Virus record (IMG/VR): IMGVR_UViG_3300027833_000011
Strand: one strand, 5' to 3'
Source: a virus
Taxonomy: Duplodnaviria; Caudoviricetes
Length of the DNA stretch: 64,000 nt
Shown here in pieces: positions 9,983-18,779 of the stretch. Within the stretch, counting starts at the first letter, position 1. Each line of letters begins with the position of its first letter. The notes beneath the pieces were generated by a model. It was not told the origin of the DNA. It saw only the letters and a program-made list of their open reading frames with translations, and did no database searches. The position numbers and the translations under genes were made by a program.

Positions 9983-10924
9983 ATGAGTGAAAACTTAGAT
10001 ACAGATTTATTATTATCGTTAGTTGAGGATGTTTTAGGTGAATACCGTAAACACAATGACGGACATGGTCAAATATCATTTGACTGTCCTACCTGTTCTT
10101 ATGATATAAAAGGATTAGATGATGGTGACGGAAAAGGTAACTTGGAAGTTAACTATCATCGTAATGTATTTAAGTGTTGGGCATGTTCAGAAACACACGG
10201 GACACACGGTTCAATATATAAGTTAGTCAATATGTGGGGAACCCCATACCAAAAGAAACAACTTTCTTTGGTCATGCCAGATACCTTTATGGATAGAGGT
10301 GAGATTAAGTATGAGGTTGTTAAATTACCAAAAGAATACGTTAGATTTAAAGATGCTACTGTTGGGTTAAAGATGACTCATCATTACAAATACGCATATA
10401 ACTATTTGAAAGGTCGTGGTATTAGTGACGAGGTTATTGATAAACACCATATGGGTTTTTGTTATGACGGACCATATTCGGGTAGGATTATCGTTCCTTC
10501 ATATACTCAGGACATGGAGTTAAACTTTTTTGTGTCAAGGTTATATGGTAATGGTTTCTTAAAATATAAGAACCCCAAAGCGTCTAAAGATACGTTAATA
10601 TTTAACGAGTATTTAATCGATTGGAATAAAGACATATATATTTGTGAAGGTGTCTTTGATAGTATATTCTTACCTAATTCAATACCTTTGTTGGGTAAGT
10701 TTATTAACGATTATCTATGGGGTCGACTTTACGATGACGCAAAAGGTGATATAATTATATGTTTAGACGGTGATGCTTGGGCAGATGCCGAAAAATTATA
10801 TTATAAATTAAATGGTGGTAGACTTTACGGAAGGGTTAAAGTTGTCAAACTACCTGAAGATAAAGACATCGGTGACCTAAGAGGTGTGTTACCTGAAGGT
10901 TCGGTGTTAGAATTAGAAAGATAA
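9983..10924 (+). CDS. DNA primase (Zn finger plus Toprim)
   Basis: CPTC...CWAC zinc ribbon, YLKGRGI, GRIIVP, KYKNP, ICEGVFD, LDGDA. Confidence 0.85.
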   Translation: MSENLDTDLLLSLVEDVLGEYRKHNDGHGQISFDCPTCSYDIKGLDDGDGKGNLEVNYHRNVFKCWACSETHGTHGSIYKLVNMWGTPYQKKQLSLVMPDTFMDRGEIKYEVVKLPKEYVRFKDATVGLKMTHHYKYAYNYLKGRGISDEVIDKHHMGFCYDGPYSGRIIVPSYTQDMELNFFVSRLYGNGFLKYKNPKASKDTLIFNEYLIDWNKDIYICEGVFDSIFLPNSIPLLGKFINDYLWGRLYDDAKGDIIICLDGDAWADAEKLYYKLNGGRLYGRVKVVKLPEDKDIGDLRGVLPEGSVLELER

Positions 10925-10934
10925 AAAAGAAGAT

Positions 10935-11624
10935 ATGATACATCCAGAAATTTACAGTTATTTTGATGATAAAGAGGCTTGGAAAAGAAAGTATATGAGA
11001 CCTGAGGCTTTATCAATGGAGTGGGATATGATGTTAGAAGAGGTTGGACCTGATGTCTACCAATTTCCACTATTTAAAGAAGAGTTATGTGCTAAATTAA
11101 TTGAAGAAGCTGAAGCGACACAATCGTGGACACATAAAAGACACGCGTTTTATCCCACTACGGATATGTTGGTCGAGACCTTTGGGTTTGAAGAGATATA
11201 CCATGAGATTATGGATGACTATATTATGGGAGCGGCAAGACACATTTACCAATTAAATGGTCAGAATTGGGACCAAGGAAATGTATATTCCGAGAATTTT
11301 ATGATACGTTATTCACCTGAAGAACAGGGACATTTATCATTACATTATGACCAATCGTCAATATCGTGTAACGTAGCATTAAATAACGACTTTGAGGGTG
11401 GTGGTACGTATTTCTCAAGACATAAGGTATTGGCGAAAGCTAAAGGAACAGGTTATGTTACATTTCATCCTGGACAGATAACACACAAACACGGAGGGAT
11501 GCCGACAAACAAAGGAACCCGATATATTATTGTTTCATTTATGAATGACGATAAAAATAGAGAAAATCACATTAATGATTTAGAAAGATTTGCTAACGAA
11601 AAAGGATTCTATAATGATAAATAA
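10935..11624 (+). CDS. PLOD-type lysyl hydroxylase (2OG-Fe(II) dioxygenase), standalone catalytic domain
   Basis: PDVYQFPLF, PTTDM, NFMIRYSPEEQ, HYD (HxD), NVALN, FEGGG, HPGQITHKHGG, GTRYIIVSF, all collinear with the procollagen-lysine dioxygenase C-terminal domain. Confidence 0.85.
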   Translation: MIHPEIYSYFDDKEAWKRKYMRPEALSMEWDMMLEEVGPDVYQFPLFKEELCAKLIEEAEATQSWTHKRHAFYPTTDMLVETFGFEEIYHEIMDDYIMGAARHIYQLNGQNWDQGNVYSENFMIRYSPEEQGHLSLHYDQSSISCNVALNNDFEGGGTYFSRHKVLAKAKGTGYVTFHPGQITHKHGGMPTNKGTRYIIVSFMNDDKNRENHINDLERFANEKGFYNDK

Positions 11625-12393
11625 GATAGTACATTTCTCAGATTTACATTTAAGATTATATCAATATCATGCTCAATATAAAGAAATATTGACTGATATG
11701 TTACAACAATTTAAAGACGAGGAACCTGACCGTATAGTTTTTACTGGTGATTTAGTACATTCAAAAAATCAGATTACACCTGAACTTATTGATGTGACAA
11801 GGTGGGTGTTAGATGAATGTTCTAAAATTGCGAGGACGGTATTAATAATTGGTAATCATGATTTCTTAGAAAACAATATGGATAGGATGGATTCAATCAG
11901 TCCTATTTTAGATTCTATGAATAATGATAATATTGATTATTATATGGATAAGGGGTTGTATGAAGATGAGAATGTGGTGTGGGTTGTGTATTCGTTAAGG
12001 ACACATAACGAACCACCTGTTATTGATAGAGTTGAGGGTAAGAAACACATTGGATTATTTCACGGACCAGTACATGGGTTAACGACTGACGTTGGTTATG
12101 AATTTTCAGAAGGTTATGACCCGTTTAAATTTAAAGGTTGTGATTTGGTATTGTGTGGTGATATACATAAAAGACAGATATTTGATATTCCTGAAGGTAA
12201 GGCGTATATGGTCGGTTCGACAATACAACAAAACTTTGGAGAGTCAGTTTCAAAACATGGGTATGGTACCTACTATATAGATAAAGATGAATATTCGTTT
12301 ACGGACTTAGATAATAAGTCACCTTTCTTACAATTTAAGATTACGGATATTGAGGACATTGAGAATGGGAAAGAAGTTTTGCTTAACGCTTGA
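11614..12393 (+). CDS. sbcD: Mre11/SbcD (gp47-like) metallophosphoesterase nuclease
   Basis: SDLH, TGDLVH, IGNHD, FHG and GDIH motifs, YMVGS; ATG 11614 preferred to the track start 11590. Confidence 0.85.
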   Translation: MINKIVHFSDLHLRLYQYHAQYKEILTDMLQQFKDEEPDRIVFTGDLVHSKNQITPELIDVTRWVLDECSKIARTVLIIGNHDFLENNMDRMDSISPILDSMNNDNIDYYMDKGLYEDENVVWVVYSLRTHNEPPVIDRVEGKKHIGLFHGPVHGLTTDVGYEFSEGYDPFKFKGCDLVLCGDIHKRQIFDIPEGKAYMVGSTIQQNFGESVSKHGYGTYYIDKDEYSFTDLDNKSPFLQFKITDIEDIENGKEVLLNA

Positions 12394-13252
12394 TAAAAAC
12401 GTTTTAGATTTTTGTAAATTAAATGACATTGAAGATGTTAGGGAATTTGCTATAAAATGTTTTGAAAAGGGTCTGACTATTGAGAAATATGGTGAGACAC
12501 CTTTACTTATGCCCAAAGAAATCAAGACGGTGATTAAAGAAATTGAAAAAGAAGTAATCAAAGAAGTTGAAGTACCTGTTGAGGTCATTAAAGAGGTTAA
12601 AGTAGAGGTTCCCGTTGAGAAAATAGTGGAAAAAATTGTTGAAAAACCTATTGAAGTGATAAAGGAAGTCATTAAAGAGGTACCAGTCGACAAAATAGTG
12701 GAAGTGGAGAAAGAGGTCGTTGTCTATAAAGAAAGACCCGTAGAAATCATAAAAGAGGTTGAGAAGATAGTTGAAAAAGAAGTCCCAATAGAGAAAATTA
12801 AGGAAATCGAAGTAATTAAAGAGGTCTATATAACGGATGACAAGCAGGTTGAGGAACTTGGTGATAAAATAACACAGTTAGAGAAACAAAATAAGGATTT
12901 GTCCCAAAAAGTGATTAAATTAGAGACAACTCCCCCTAAAATTGTGGAAAAAGAAATACCGATTGAGAAAATTAAGATAGTTGATAGGGAAGTCCCTGTT
13001 GAAATCATCAAAGAGGTTGAGAAAATAGTAGAAAAACCTATTGAAGTGATAAAGGAAGTCATTAAAGAGGTAAAAGTAGAGGTTCCTGTTGAAAAAATCG
13101 TCAAGATTAAGGATAACTCTGAAATAGAAAAATTGACTAAACATAATAAAGAATTAATTGAGTCATTAGCTAAATATGACGAAATGTTTAGTAAATTTGA
13201 ACAGAAAATAAGCGTTAAAAAATCAAAAAGAGATAATTTATATGATGAGTAG
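12350..13252 (+). CDS. EKIVEVPV-repeat (alveolin/articulin-like) low-complexity protein
   Basis: Many IKEVEVPVEKIVE repeats flanking a short coiled coil; probable start ATG 12365. Confidence 0.7.
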   Translation: MRTLRMGKKFCLTLDKNVLDFCKLNDIEDVREFAIKCFEKGLTIEKYGETPLLMPKEIKTVIKEIEKEVIKEVEVPVEVIKEVKVEVPVEKIVEKIVEKPIEVIKEVIKEVPVDKIVEVEKEVVVYKERPVEIIKEVEKIVEKEVPIEKIKEIEVIKEVYITDDKQVEELGDKITQLEKQNKDLSQKVIKLETTPPKIVEKEIPIEKIKIVDREVPVEIIKEVEKIVEKPIEVIKEVIKEVKVEVPVEKIVKIKDNSEIEKLTKHNKELIESLAKYDEMFSKFEQKISVKKSKRDNLYDE

Positions 13253-13562
13253 TTTAATATTGTTTGCGTTTGTGGCATATGGTATGACCACAATAATAGT
13301 TTACGGTTCTATATTAGAAGGAATTCGTAATTTCATACATAAAAAGGGGGAAAATAATTCGTTTATGAAGTTTTTCTCAGACTTAGTAGGTTGTGTGTTA
13401 TGTACATCGACATGGGTAGGATTCTTCTTATCAATAACGATGTTTTCACCAACTAATACTATTTATGGTATATCCCTACCGATGACAATATTCTTTGACG
13501 GAATGTTTTCAGCGGGAATAGTATGGGGAATAAACACACTTATAGAGTGGTTTGAAGATTAA
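13242..13562 (+). CDS. small membrane protein (DUF1360-like)
   Basis: Three hydrophobic segments and a CxxCxSxWVG motif. Confidence 0.55.
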   Translation: MMSSLILFAFVAYGMTTIIVYGSILEGIRNFIHKKGENNSFMKFFSDLVGCVLCTSTWVGFFLSITMFSPTNTIYGISLPMTIFFDGMFSAGIVWGINTLIEWFED

Positions 13563-13566
13563 TATT

Positions 13567-14178
13567 ATGATTAAATTTTTAAAGAAATTATTTAGTAAAG
13601 ATGTTTTATTTGACTTATCAAAGATTGATGGGTTTGTTAAAAACTATGAATTAGACTTAGATAAGTTTGAAAAGGACTGGATGACAGGTGATGGTGTTTC
13701 TGATTACGTTAAAGGTGTTAATCACGAATGGTTATCTCCGGAATCGGTAAGTTTAGAAAATGAAGAAATACACATAACGTCTATACATAGACCGATTAAT
13801 GTTGGGGGTGAAATATTTGACTATAAAACAGGTGTGGTAACAACAACACGTTTTTTTAGTTATGGTTATTATGAGTTCTCAGTAGATTTACCAAACAAAA
13901 GTTCACATACGCCAACTGTTGAGATATTCAACCCTGAAAGTAACATTGAATTAGTTACGGGTAATTATGGGGTTAAAAAAATTGGTTTATTATATTTAAA
14001 CAAGAAAATAGAACTTTACCACGACAATATTTTAGTTAAGAAGATTAAGAACGGGAATATAGGTTCTGAGGTGAAGTTAAGAATTAAGCACGGATTAAAT
14101 CCTTCGGTTGAAGGTACCCACATTAAAGGTAACGATACTTTAAGGTTGATTAGTTTAGACTATTACAGAAAAAAATGA
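13567..14178 (+). CDS. degenerate GH16-like beta-sandwich protein
   Basis: YKTGVVTT..FSYGYYEFSVDLP resembles GH16, but there is no ExDxxE motif. Confidence 0.4.
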   Translation: MIKFLKKLFSKDVLFDLSKIDGFVKNYELDLDKFEKDWMTGDGVSDYVKGVNHEWLSPESVSLENEEIHITSIHRPINVGGEIFDYKTGVVTTTRFFSYGYYEFSVDLPNKSSHTPTVEIFNPESNIELVTGNYGVKKIGLLYLNKKIELYHDNILVKKIKNGNIGSEVKLRIKHGLNPSVEGTHIKGNDTLRLISLDYYRKK

Positions 14179-15104
14179 TACTAAAATTAGGTTCTAAAGG
14201 TGAGAGTGTTAAAGAAATACAAGAGTTTCTCGGTATTACAATGGATGGTGATTTCGGTCCAAAAACTGAGAGAGCAGTTAAAGAATGGCAAAAGACAAAA
14301 GGACTATTTGTTGATGGTATTGTTGGTCCTTCCACTTGGAACGCTATGGGTATTGCTACTACTGATATATCGGAAATTGCGTTAACAGATGGAATAGTTA
14401 TCAATAAGACTTATTTACCCGACGGTGAATATTATAAAGGGCCTGTGGATAAAGAATACTTATTTTTACACCACACGGCAGGTGGAAATAACCCATATAG
14501 AACTATATTACATTGGGGTAGAGACAGTAGAGGTAGAATTGCAACTGAGTTTGTTATTGGAGGTAAGTCAATTGATGGTGACGACCAATACGATGGTGAG
14601 ATAGTTCAATCATTTTCTGAAGGGGGTTATTCATGGCATTTGGGTAAGAATGGCTCACAACATATGCACGTACACTCAGTAGGTATTGAGGTTTGTAATT
14701 ATGGTTATCTAACTAAAGGTGGGTACAAAAAGAAAATTAATGGTAGACGTGTTTGGGTGGATAGAGACCCTGATTCTTATTACGCATACACAGGTAGTAA
14801 AATACGTGAAGAGGATATTGTGTTTACTGAGGAATTTAGAGGTTATACTGCGTGGCACGCATACACAGACAAGCAAATTGAGTCTTTAAAGGAGTTAATA
14901 CTTTACATCAAAGAAAGAGATGGTATTGACATACAAAAGGGATTAATTAGTGAATATAAAAAAAATGGTTTGGATTCATTTGAATGGAATTCAGATGCAT
15001 ATTATGGTAGAATTAAGGGTATGTGGACACATACAAACACCAAAAAAGGTAAGTCAGATATGTCACCCCAACCCAAACTGATTGAGATGTTACTCAGTCT
15101 ATAA
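14175..15104 (+). CDS. endolysin: peptidoglycan-binding domain plus N-acetylmuramoyl-L-alanine amidase (Amidase_2)
   Basis: LKLGSKG..V..IQ..L...DGDFGPKTE.AV..WQ...DGIVGP.TW; then LHHTAG, SVGIEVCN, THT..K.D. Confidence 0.85.
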   Translation: MILKLGSKGESVKEIQEFLGITMDGDFGPKTERAVKEWQKTKGLFVDGIVGPSTWNAMGIATTDISEIALTDGIVINKTYLPDGEYYKGPVDKEYLFLHHTAGGNNPYRTILHWGRDSRGRIATEFVIGGKSIDGDDQYDGEIVQSFSEGGYSWHLGKNGSQHMHVHSVGIEVCNYGYLTKGGYKKKINGRRVWVDRDPDSYYAYTGSKIREEDIVFTEEFRGYTAWHAYTDKQIESLKELILYIKERDGIDIQKGLISEYKKNGLDSFEWNSDAYYGRIKGMWTHTNTKKGKSDMSPQPKLIEMLLSL

Positions 15105-15122
15105 AAAATACAAATTTTAATG

Positions 15123-15148
15123 AATCCTGTCAGAAATGACGGGATTTC
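15123..15148 (+). terminator. stem-loop, probable intrinsic terminator
   Basis: aatcctgtca-gaaa-tgacgggatt directly after the endolysin; short U tract. Confidence 0.55.
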
Positions 15149-15160
15149 AAGTTTAATATA

Positions 15161-15592
15161 ATGAATATGGAAAGTTATAAAATTAGAAAGGCGGTCTTCG
15201 AAGATTTAGAAGATATTTGTCGATTATTAAGCGAATCGTTTATTGAAACCAAAGAACCGATTAGGTATTGGTGGAGAATAATGGAGAACACATCGATACA
15301 TACATATGTGGTTGAGAGTGAAGGATATATTGTAGGTACGGCTACATTACACGTATTAGAAAAACTAATCGGTGGAGGTTCATATGTTGGGCAAATTGAG
15401 GATGTTTGTATATCAAAATCACACAAAGGTGAAGGGTTAGGACAAATGTTAGTCAATCAATTAATCGAATCCTCAAAAGAATTACGTTGTTATAAGGTTA
15501 TTTTAAATTGTGATGAAAAATTAGTACCATTTTATGAGAAAAATGGGTTTTACCAGAAAGAAATACAAATGCGTTTGGATAATAAAAAATAA
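15161..15592 (+). CDS. GNAT, glucosamine-6-phosphate N-acetyltransferase (GNA1-like)
   Basis: TATLHVLEKLI, GQIEDVCI, HKGEGLG, CYKVILNC and FYEKNGF match GNA1-type enzymes. Confidence 0.7.
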   Translation: MNMESYKIRKAVFEDLEDICRLLSESFIETKEPIRYWWRIMENTSIHTYVVESEGYIVGTATLHVLEKLIGGGSYVGQIEDVCISKSHKGEGLGQMLVNQLIESSKELRCYKVILNCDEKLVPFYEKNGFYQKEIQMRLDNKK

Positions 15593-15629
15593 AGTCATAC
15601 TTTTGTGTTCTAATTAAAAAGATACTTAT

Positions 15630-15866
15630 ATGACGACAGTAACATTTAGCATTTGGGACGGTGGGAAACTAATCACCGAATATCCTTTAGAGATTCAAGA
15701 AGAAAACATAGAGAAAACACATATTGACGCATCGTCAGTATGGGATGAGTATACTGTATTGGCAGAATGGGGTGACGGGAAAACTGCTACAATCATGCCG
15801 TTCACATATTCCAACTCACTTAATGGGGAGGTGTCTAATAATCAACCAATTGAATTCCTACTATAA
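15630..15866 (+). CDS. hypothetical protein
   Basis: 78 aa ORF in the collinear gene run. Confidence 0.55.
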   Translation: MTTVTFSIWDGGKLITEYPLEIQEENIEKTHIDASSVWDEYTVLAEWGDGKTATIMPFTYSNSLNGEVSNNQPIEFLL

Positions 15867-15868
15867 TT

Positions 15869-16117
15869 ATGTTTAGAAAAGATGATTTATATACGTTATT
15901 TCTCGTGGTGATTATAATATCAGTGTTGGGAATTTCTCTCGGTTTTATATCGTTATTAGTGTTTTTTGTGTCTAATCTATCGTTAATGGGGTCTTTAGTC
16001 GTTGCGACATTTACACACGTAATTTTGTTTTATATGTTATACCGTAAAATAGTAGGGGAGTTAAAAGAAATGAATGTCGATGGTTTAGATTTCGATGATA
16101 TCGAAGACTTAGGTTAA
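15869..16117 (+). CDS. small membrane protein
   Basis: Two hydrophobic helices and an acidic tail. Confidence 0.55.
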   Translation: MFRKDDLYTLFLVVIIISVLGISLGFISLLVFFVSNLSLMGSLVVATFTHVILFYMLYRKIVGELKEMNVDGLDFDDIEDLG

Positions 16118-16123
16118 AAAAAA

Positions 16124-16155
16124 TTTGTGAGGGTCAGATATTTGGCTTATCTTTG
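16124..16155 (+). promoter_or_regulatory. Bacteroidota-type primary-sigma promoter
   Basis: TTTG (16124) - 20 nt - TATCTTTG (16148). Confidence 0.75.
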
Positions 16156-16176
16156 TAGTATCAAAATAAAGAAACT

Positions 16177-16725
16177 ATGACAAGACAAATAATCGAAAAT
16201 ACAACTGTAAACTATTGGGGTCAAACTCAGGACACTAAGAAAATCAAGGATGAATTATTCTGTGATAGCAACACAATTGCTCAGAATGGGAGTTCATTGG
16301 CGATGTCAGAGAAAAATGACTGTGTGGTACGTGCGTTTATGGTTGTTTTAGATTTGTCTTACGATAAGACTCACAAATGGGTTACAGATAACTTTAATAG
16401 AGTTCACCGAAAAGGGACGTATACTGGTCGTTACTTAACTAATGTCTTAGGTAAGAGAAAAAACTACAAAAAGATTAGTTTGTTTGGTGTGTCTCCAGGT
16501 CGTACATATTCTTTCGGTAAGAAAGAGTTATACAACCCTAAATACAAGGGTAAAAAGACTTGTTATACGGTTAAGTCTTTCATGGAGAACTATCCGAAGG
16601 GACGTTATTTCATCATCGTTAAAGGTCACGCATTAGCTTTGGTTGACGGAGTATTATATGGTAACGGTAGTGAACAGTTTAACGGATTTCGTAGAAGAAT
16701 CCACTATGTGGTAAAGGTAGGGTAA
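16177..16725 (+). CDS. hypothetical phage protein
   Basis: NDCVVRAF and VKGHALALVDG motifs; has its own promoter. Confidence 0.7.
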   Translation: MTRQIIENTTVNYWGQTQDTKKIKDELFCDSNTIAQNGSSLAMSEKNDCVVRAFMVVLDLSYDKTHKWVTDNFNRVHRKGTYTGRYLTNVLGKRKNYKKISLFGVSPGRTYSFGKKELYNPKYKGKKTCYTVKSFMENYPKGRYFIIVKGHALALVDGVLYGNGSEQFNGFRRRIHYVVKVG

Positions 16726-16979
16726 TGGAAAAAGAACACAGGTACGAAGATAACTTACACATTATAGATGTTATCATAGATGAACTTATGTTGGTAAGAA
16801 CAATTGAAGAGATTACGGAATTCGACAAGGCGGTTAACATTACGTTCTTAAAGATGTTCCCAACGGTTAATCCACAGGCGGATATTATTGAGGGGTTGTT
16901 TAGGGATTACTGTAAGGATTATACGGTTAAGGTGTGGTATGAAAGTTTATTTAAAATACCGATTGAAAAGATTGTGTAA
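16725..16979 (+). CDS. hypothetical protein
   Basis: Translationally coupled (TAATG) 84 aa ORF. Confidence 0.6.
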   Translation: MEKEHRYEDNLHIIDVIIDELMLVRTIEEITEFDKAVNITFLKMFPTVNPQADIIEGLFRDYCKDYTVKVWYESLFKIPIEKIV

Positions 16980-17002
16980 TACAAACTTAAATATTATCTT
17001 TG
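16971..17002 (+). promoter_or_regulatory. Bacteroidota-type promoter containing TTGTGTAATACAAAC
   Basis: ATTG - 20 nt - TATCTTTG (16995). Confidence 0.7.
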
Positions 17003-17045
17003 TACTATCAATAAGAAAGATATAAACCTAAAAAATCCGATTCAA

Positions 17046-17579
17046 ATGACAAACGCCAAAAACATCATCGTAAAAAAAGCCGAAGAATTAATCGACTACT
17101 TAGTTCAGAAAGAAGAGTCTCGTTTCAACGACATCAAAGAAAGTTACGAACTTTTCTTAAAAGAAAACCCATCAGTATATCAGTACGGTCCTTACGAAAG
17201 AAAGAAATGTTACAGTCTATCTGAGAACGGAGAAACTGACTACACAAACGTAAGATATTTCTTCCACAACAGAGGAGCGGTTAAATTACTCGAAGAGGTA
17301 AGAATGGCGACTGACGAGAAAGGGATGGTTAAGTATCTTGAAAACTACCGAGAACTAAACAAAGTTAAATTGGTTCGAGCGATTGAGAAGTACATCACTG
17401 AAGACATGACCGTGAAAGGTGAGGTATACATCAACGAAGGTGTGAAAGGTGTTGAGGTGTCAGCGGAGGTTAATACAACTGAAGGGTTAAGAAACTTTAG
17501 AACCAACGCAATATTCGCAGGGGGATACATCCAAAGATATCACTACCGATACAGAGGAGGTCTTCACTTAGTGAAGTAA
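17046..17579 (+). CDS. hypothetical early protein
   Basis: 177 aa ORF between its own promoter and terminator; ends AGGYIQRYHYRY. Confidence 0.7.
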   Translation: MTNAKNIIVKKAEELIDYLVQKEESRFNDIKESYELFLKENPSVYQYGPYERKKCYSLSENGETDYTNVRYFFHNRGAVKLLEEVRMATDEKGMVKYLENYRELNKVKLVRAIEKYITEDMTVKGEVYINEGVKGVEVSAEVNTTEGLRNFRTNAIFAGGYIQRYHYRYRGGLHLVK

Positions 17580-17583
17580 GACC

Positions 17584-17613
17584 AAAGGGGGACGAAAGTC
17601 CCCCTTATTTTTT
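17584..17613 (+). terminator. intrinsic terminator
   Basis: aagggggac-gaaa-gtccccctt followed by a T tract. Confidence 0.85.
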
Positions 17614-17622
17614 GAGATAATG

Positions 17623-17654
17623 GTTGTGTAATACAAACATAATGACTATATTTG
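17623..17654 (+). promoter_or_regulatory. Bacteroidota-type promoter containing TTGTGTAATACAAAC
   Basis: GTTG - 20 nt - TATATTTG (17647). Confidence 0.7.
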
Positions 17655-17680
17655 TATAACAATAAAAAAAAACAAATATT

Positions 17681-17977
17681 ATGTCAGTCAACAAAGTTTT
17701 AGTTCACACACAGTACGAAGAAAATTATGGTTTTAATGAGGGTAACTATCATTGGAAGATGAAAGGTGGTCACACATTTCAAATCGAGATGGATGTTGAT
17801 TTATTAATGTATAGTGACGCGGAGAAAGTGTTCGGTGAGATGTTGGAATTACATTGTAATGACCATGAGCGTTTTACCTACGCAGGATTTGAAATCCAAT
17901 GGCAAGAGCCAACGGTTTTGGGGACTCAGGAGGATTACATTAAGACGAATCAAGAACTAAATCCTGAGACTGTATAG
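17681..17977 (+). CDS. hypothetical early protein
   Basis: 98 aa ORF downstream of a promoter. Confidence 0.65.
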   Translation: MSVNKVLVHTQYEENYGFNEGNYHWKMKGGHTFQIEMDVDLLMYSDAEKVFGEMLELHCNDHERFTYAGFEIQWQEPTVLGTQEDYIKTNQELNPETV

Positions 17978-17978
17978 T

Positions 17979-18707
17979 ATGGAAGGATATGTATACATAG
18001 CAAGAATCATTGACCACGGAGGTAAATTCGTAAATGGGTACCATAAGATTGGTCTCTCAAAACAGTATAAGGTACGTGAGACACAGTTAAACTCAACGCA
18101 CTTACCTTTTGATGTTATGATGGTAAGAGTCTTTGAAACGGAAGATATGAACAAATTAGAGGGTATTCTTCACGTTTGTTTCGAGGACTATAGAGTTATT
18201 AAAGAGTATGATGACCGTAGGAATATTACAACAGAGTGGTTTGATGTTTCGGATATTGACACCTTTCATTCACGATTGGATAAGATGGTAAGTTATCTAT
18301 CTGTTAAGGAATTGGATTTAGGTCTTAGTGTTGATAACGACGAAACCCTAACTGATGAAGAAAAGGTTGATGTTAAAAACAAAATTGGTCGGGCAAAGTC
18401 TACGAATCTAAAGGTTACCATTGGTGATAGAGTTATTACTAACAAAACCGCAAAAGAAACGTATGTGTCGGTTATCAACGAAATCACTAACGGTGTTAAC
18501 AGGTCAGTCATTGAATACAATTTCTCATCTTTCTTTAAAAACGATAAGGACGAGTTTAGAGACTCACTTAGTGACCATAATAAGGTTATGATGGACTGTG
18601 GGATGTTTATGTCCACATGGGGTTCTAATGTAACTAAAATCAAACGAATTAAAATGATTTGTGAGAAGTTAGGGGTGGAAAATGTGGAGTGTGAAATTAT
18701 CGATTAA
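17979..18707 (+). CDS. T5orf172/GIY-YIG-like domain protein
   Basis: GYVYI..., KIGLS..., R..QL, LE..LH..F, TEWF. Confidence 0.7.
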   Translation: MEGYVYIARIIDHGGKFVNGYHKIGLSKQYKVRETQLNSTHLPFDVMMVRVFETEDMNKLEGILHVCFEDYRVIKEYDDRRNITTEWFDVSDIDTFHSRLDKMVSYLSVKELDLGLSVDNDETLTDEEKVDVKNKIGRAKSTNLKVTIGDRVITNKTAKETYVSVINEITNGVNRSVIEYNFSSFFKNDKDEFRDSLSDHNKVMMDCGMFMSTWGSNVTKIKRIKMICEKLGVENVECEIID

Positions 18708-18721
18708 CGGATAAAATAAAA

Positions 18722-18751
18722 GACCCTCACTATTGAAAGTGGGGGTTTTTT
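18722..18751 (+). terminator. intrinsic terminator
   Basis: accctcact-attgaa-agtgggggt followed by a T tract. Confidence 0.7.
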
Positions 18752-18779
18752 CTGTTATATTTAAAACAAAATACGATTT

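Noticed and set aside
10935-11624. DNA-modifying (TET/JBP/AlkB) or prolyl 4-hydroxylase role for the 2OG oxygenase
   Set aside because: Motif order and the N-terminal HPEIY..FD...W segment match the PLOD LH domain, and the collagens lack Y-position Pro; the location among replication genes means a DNA role is not fully excluded
17979-18707. Mobile homing endonuclease or intron
   Set aside because: It is a T5orf172-type domain in a promoter-terminator cassette and does not interrupt any gene
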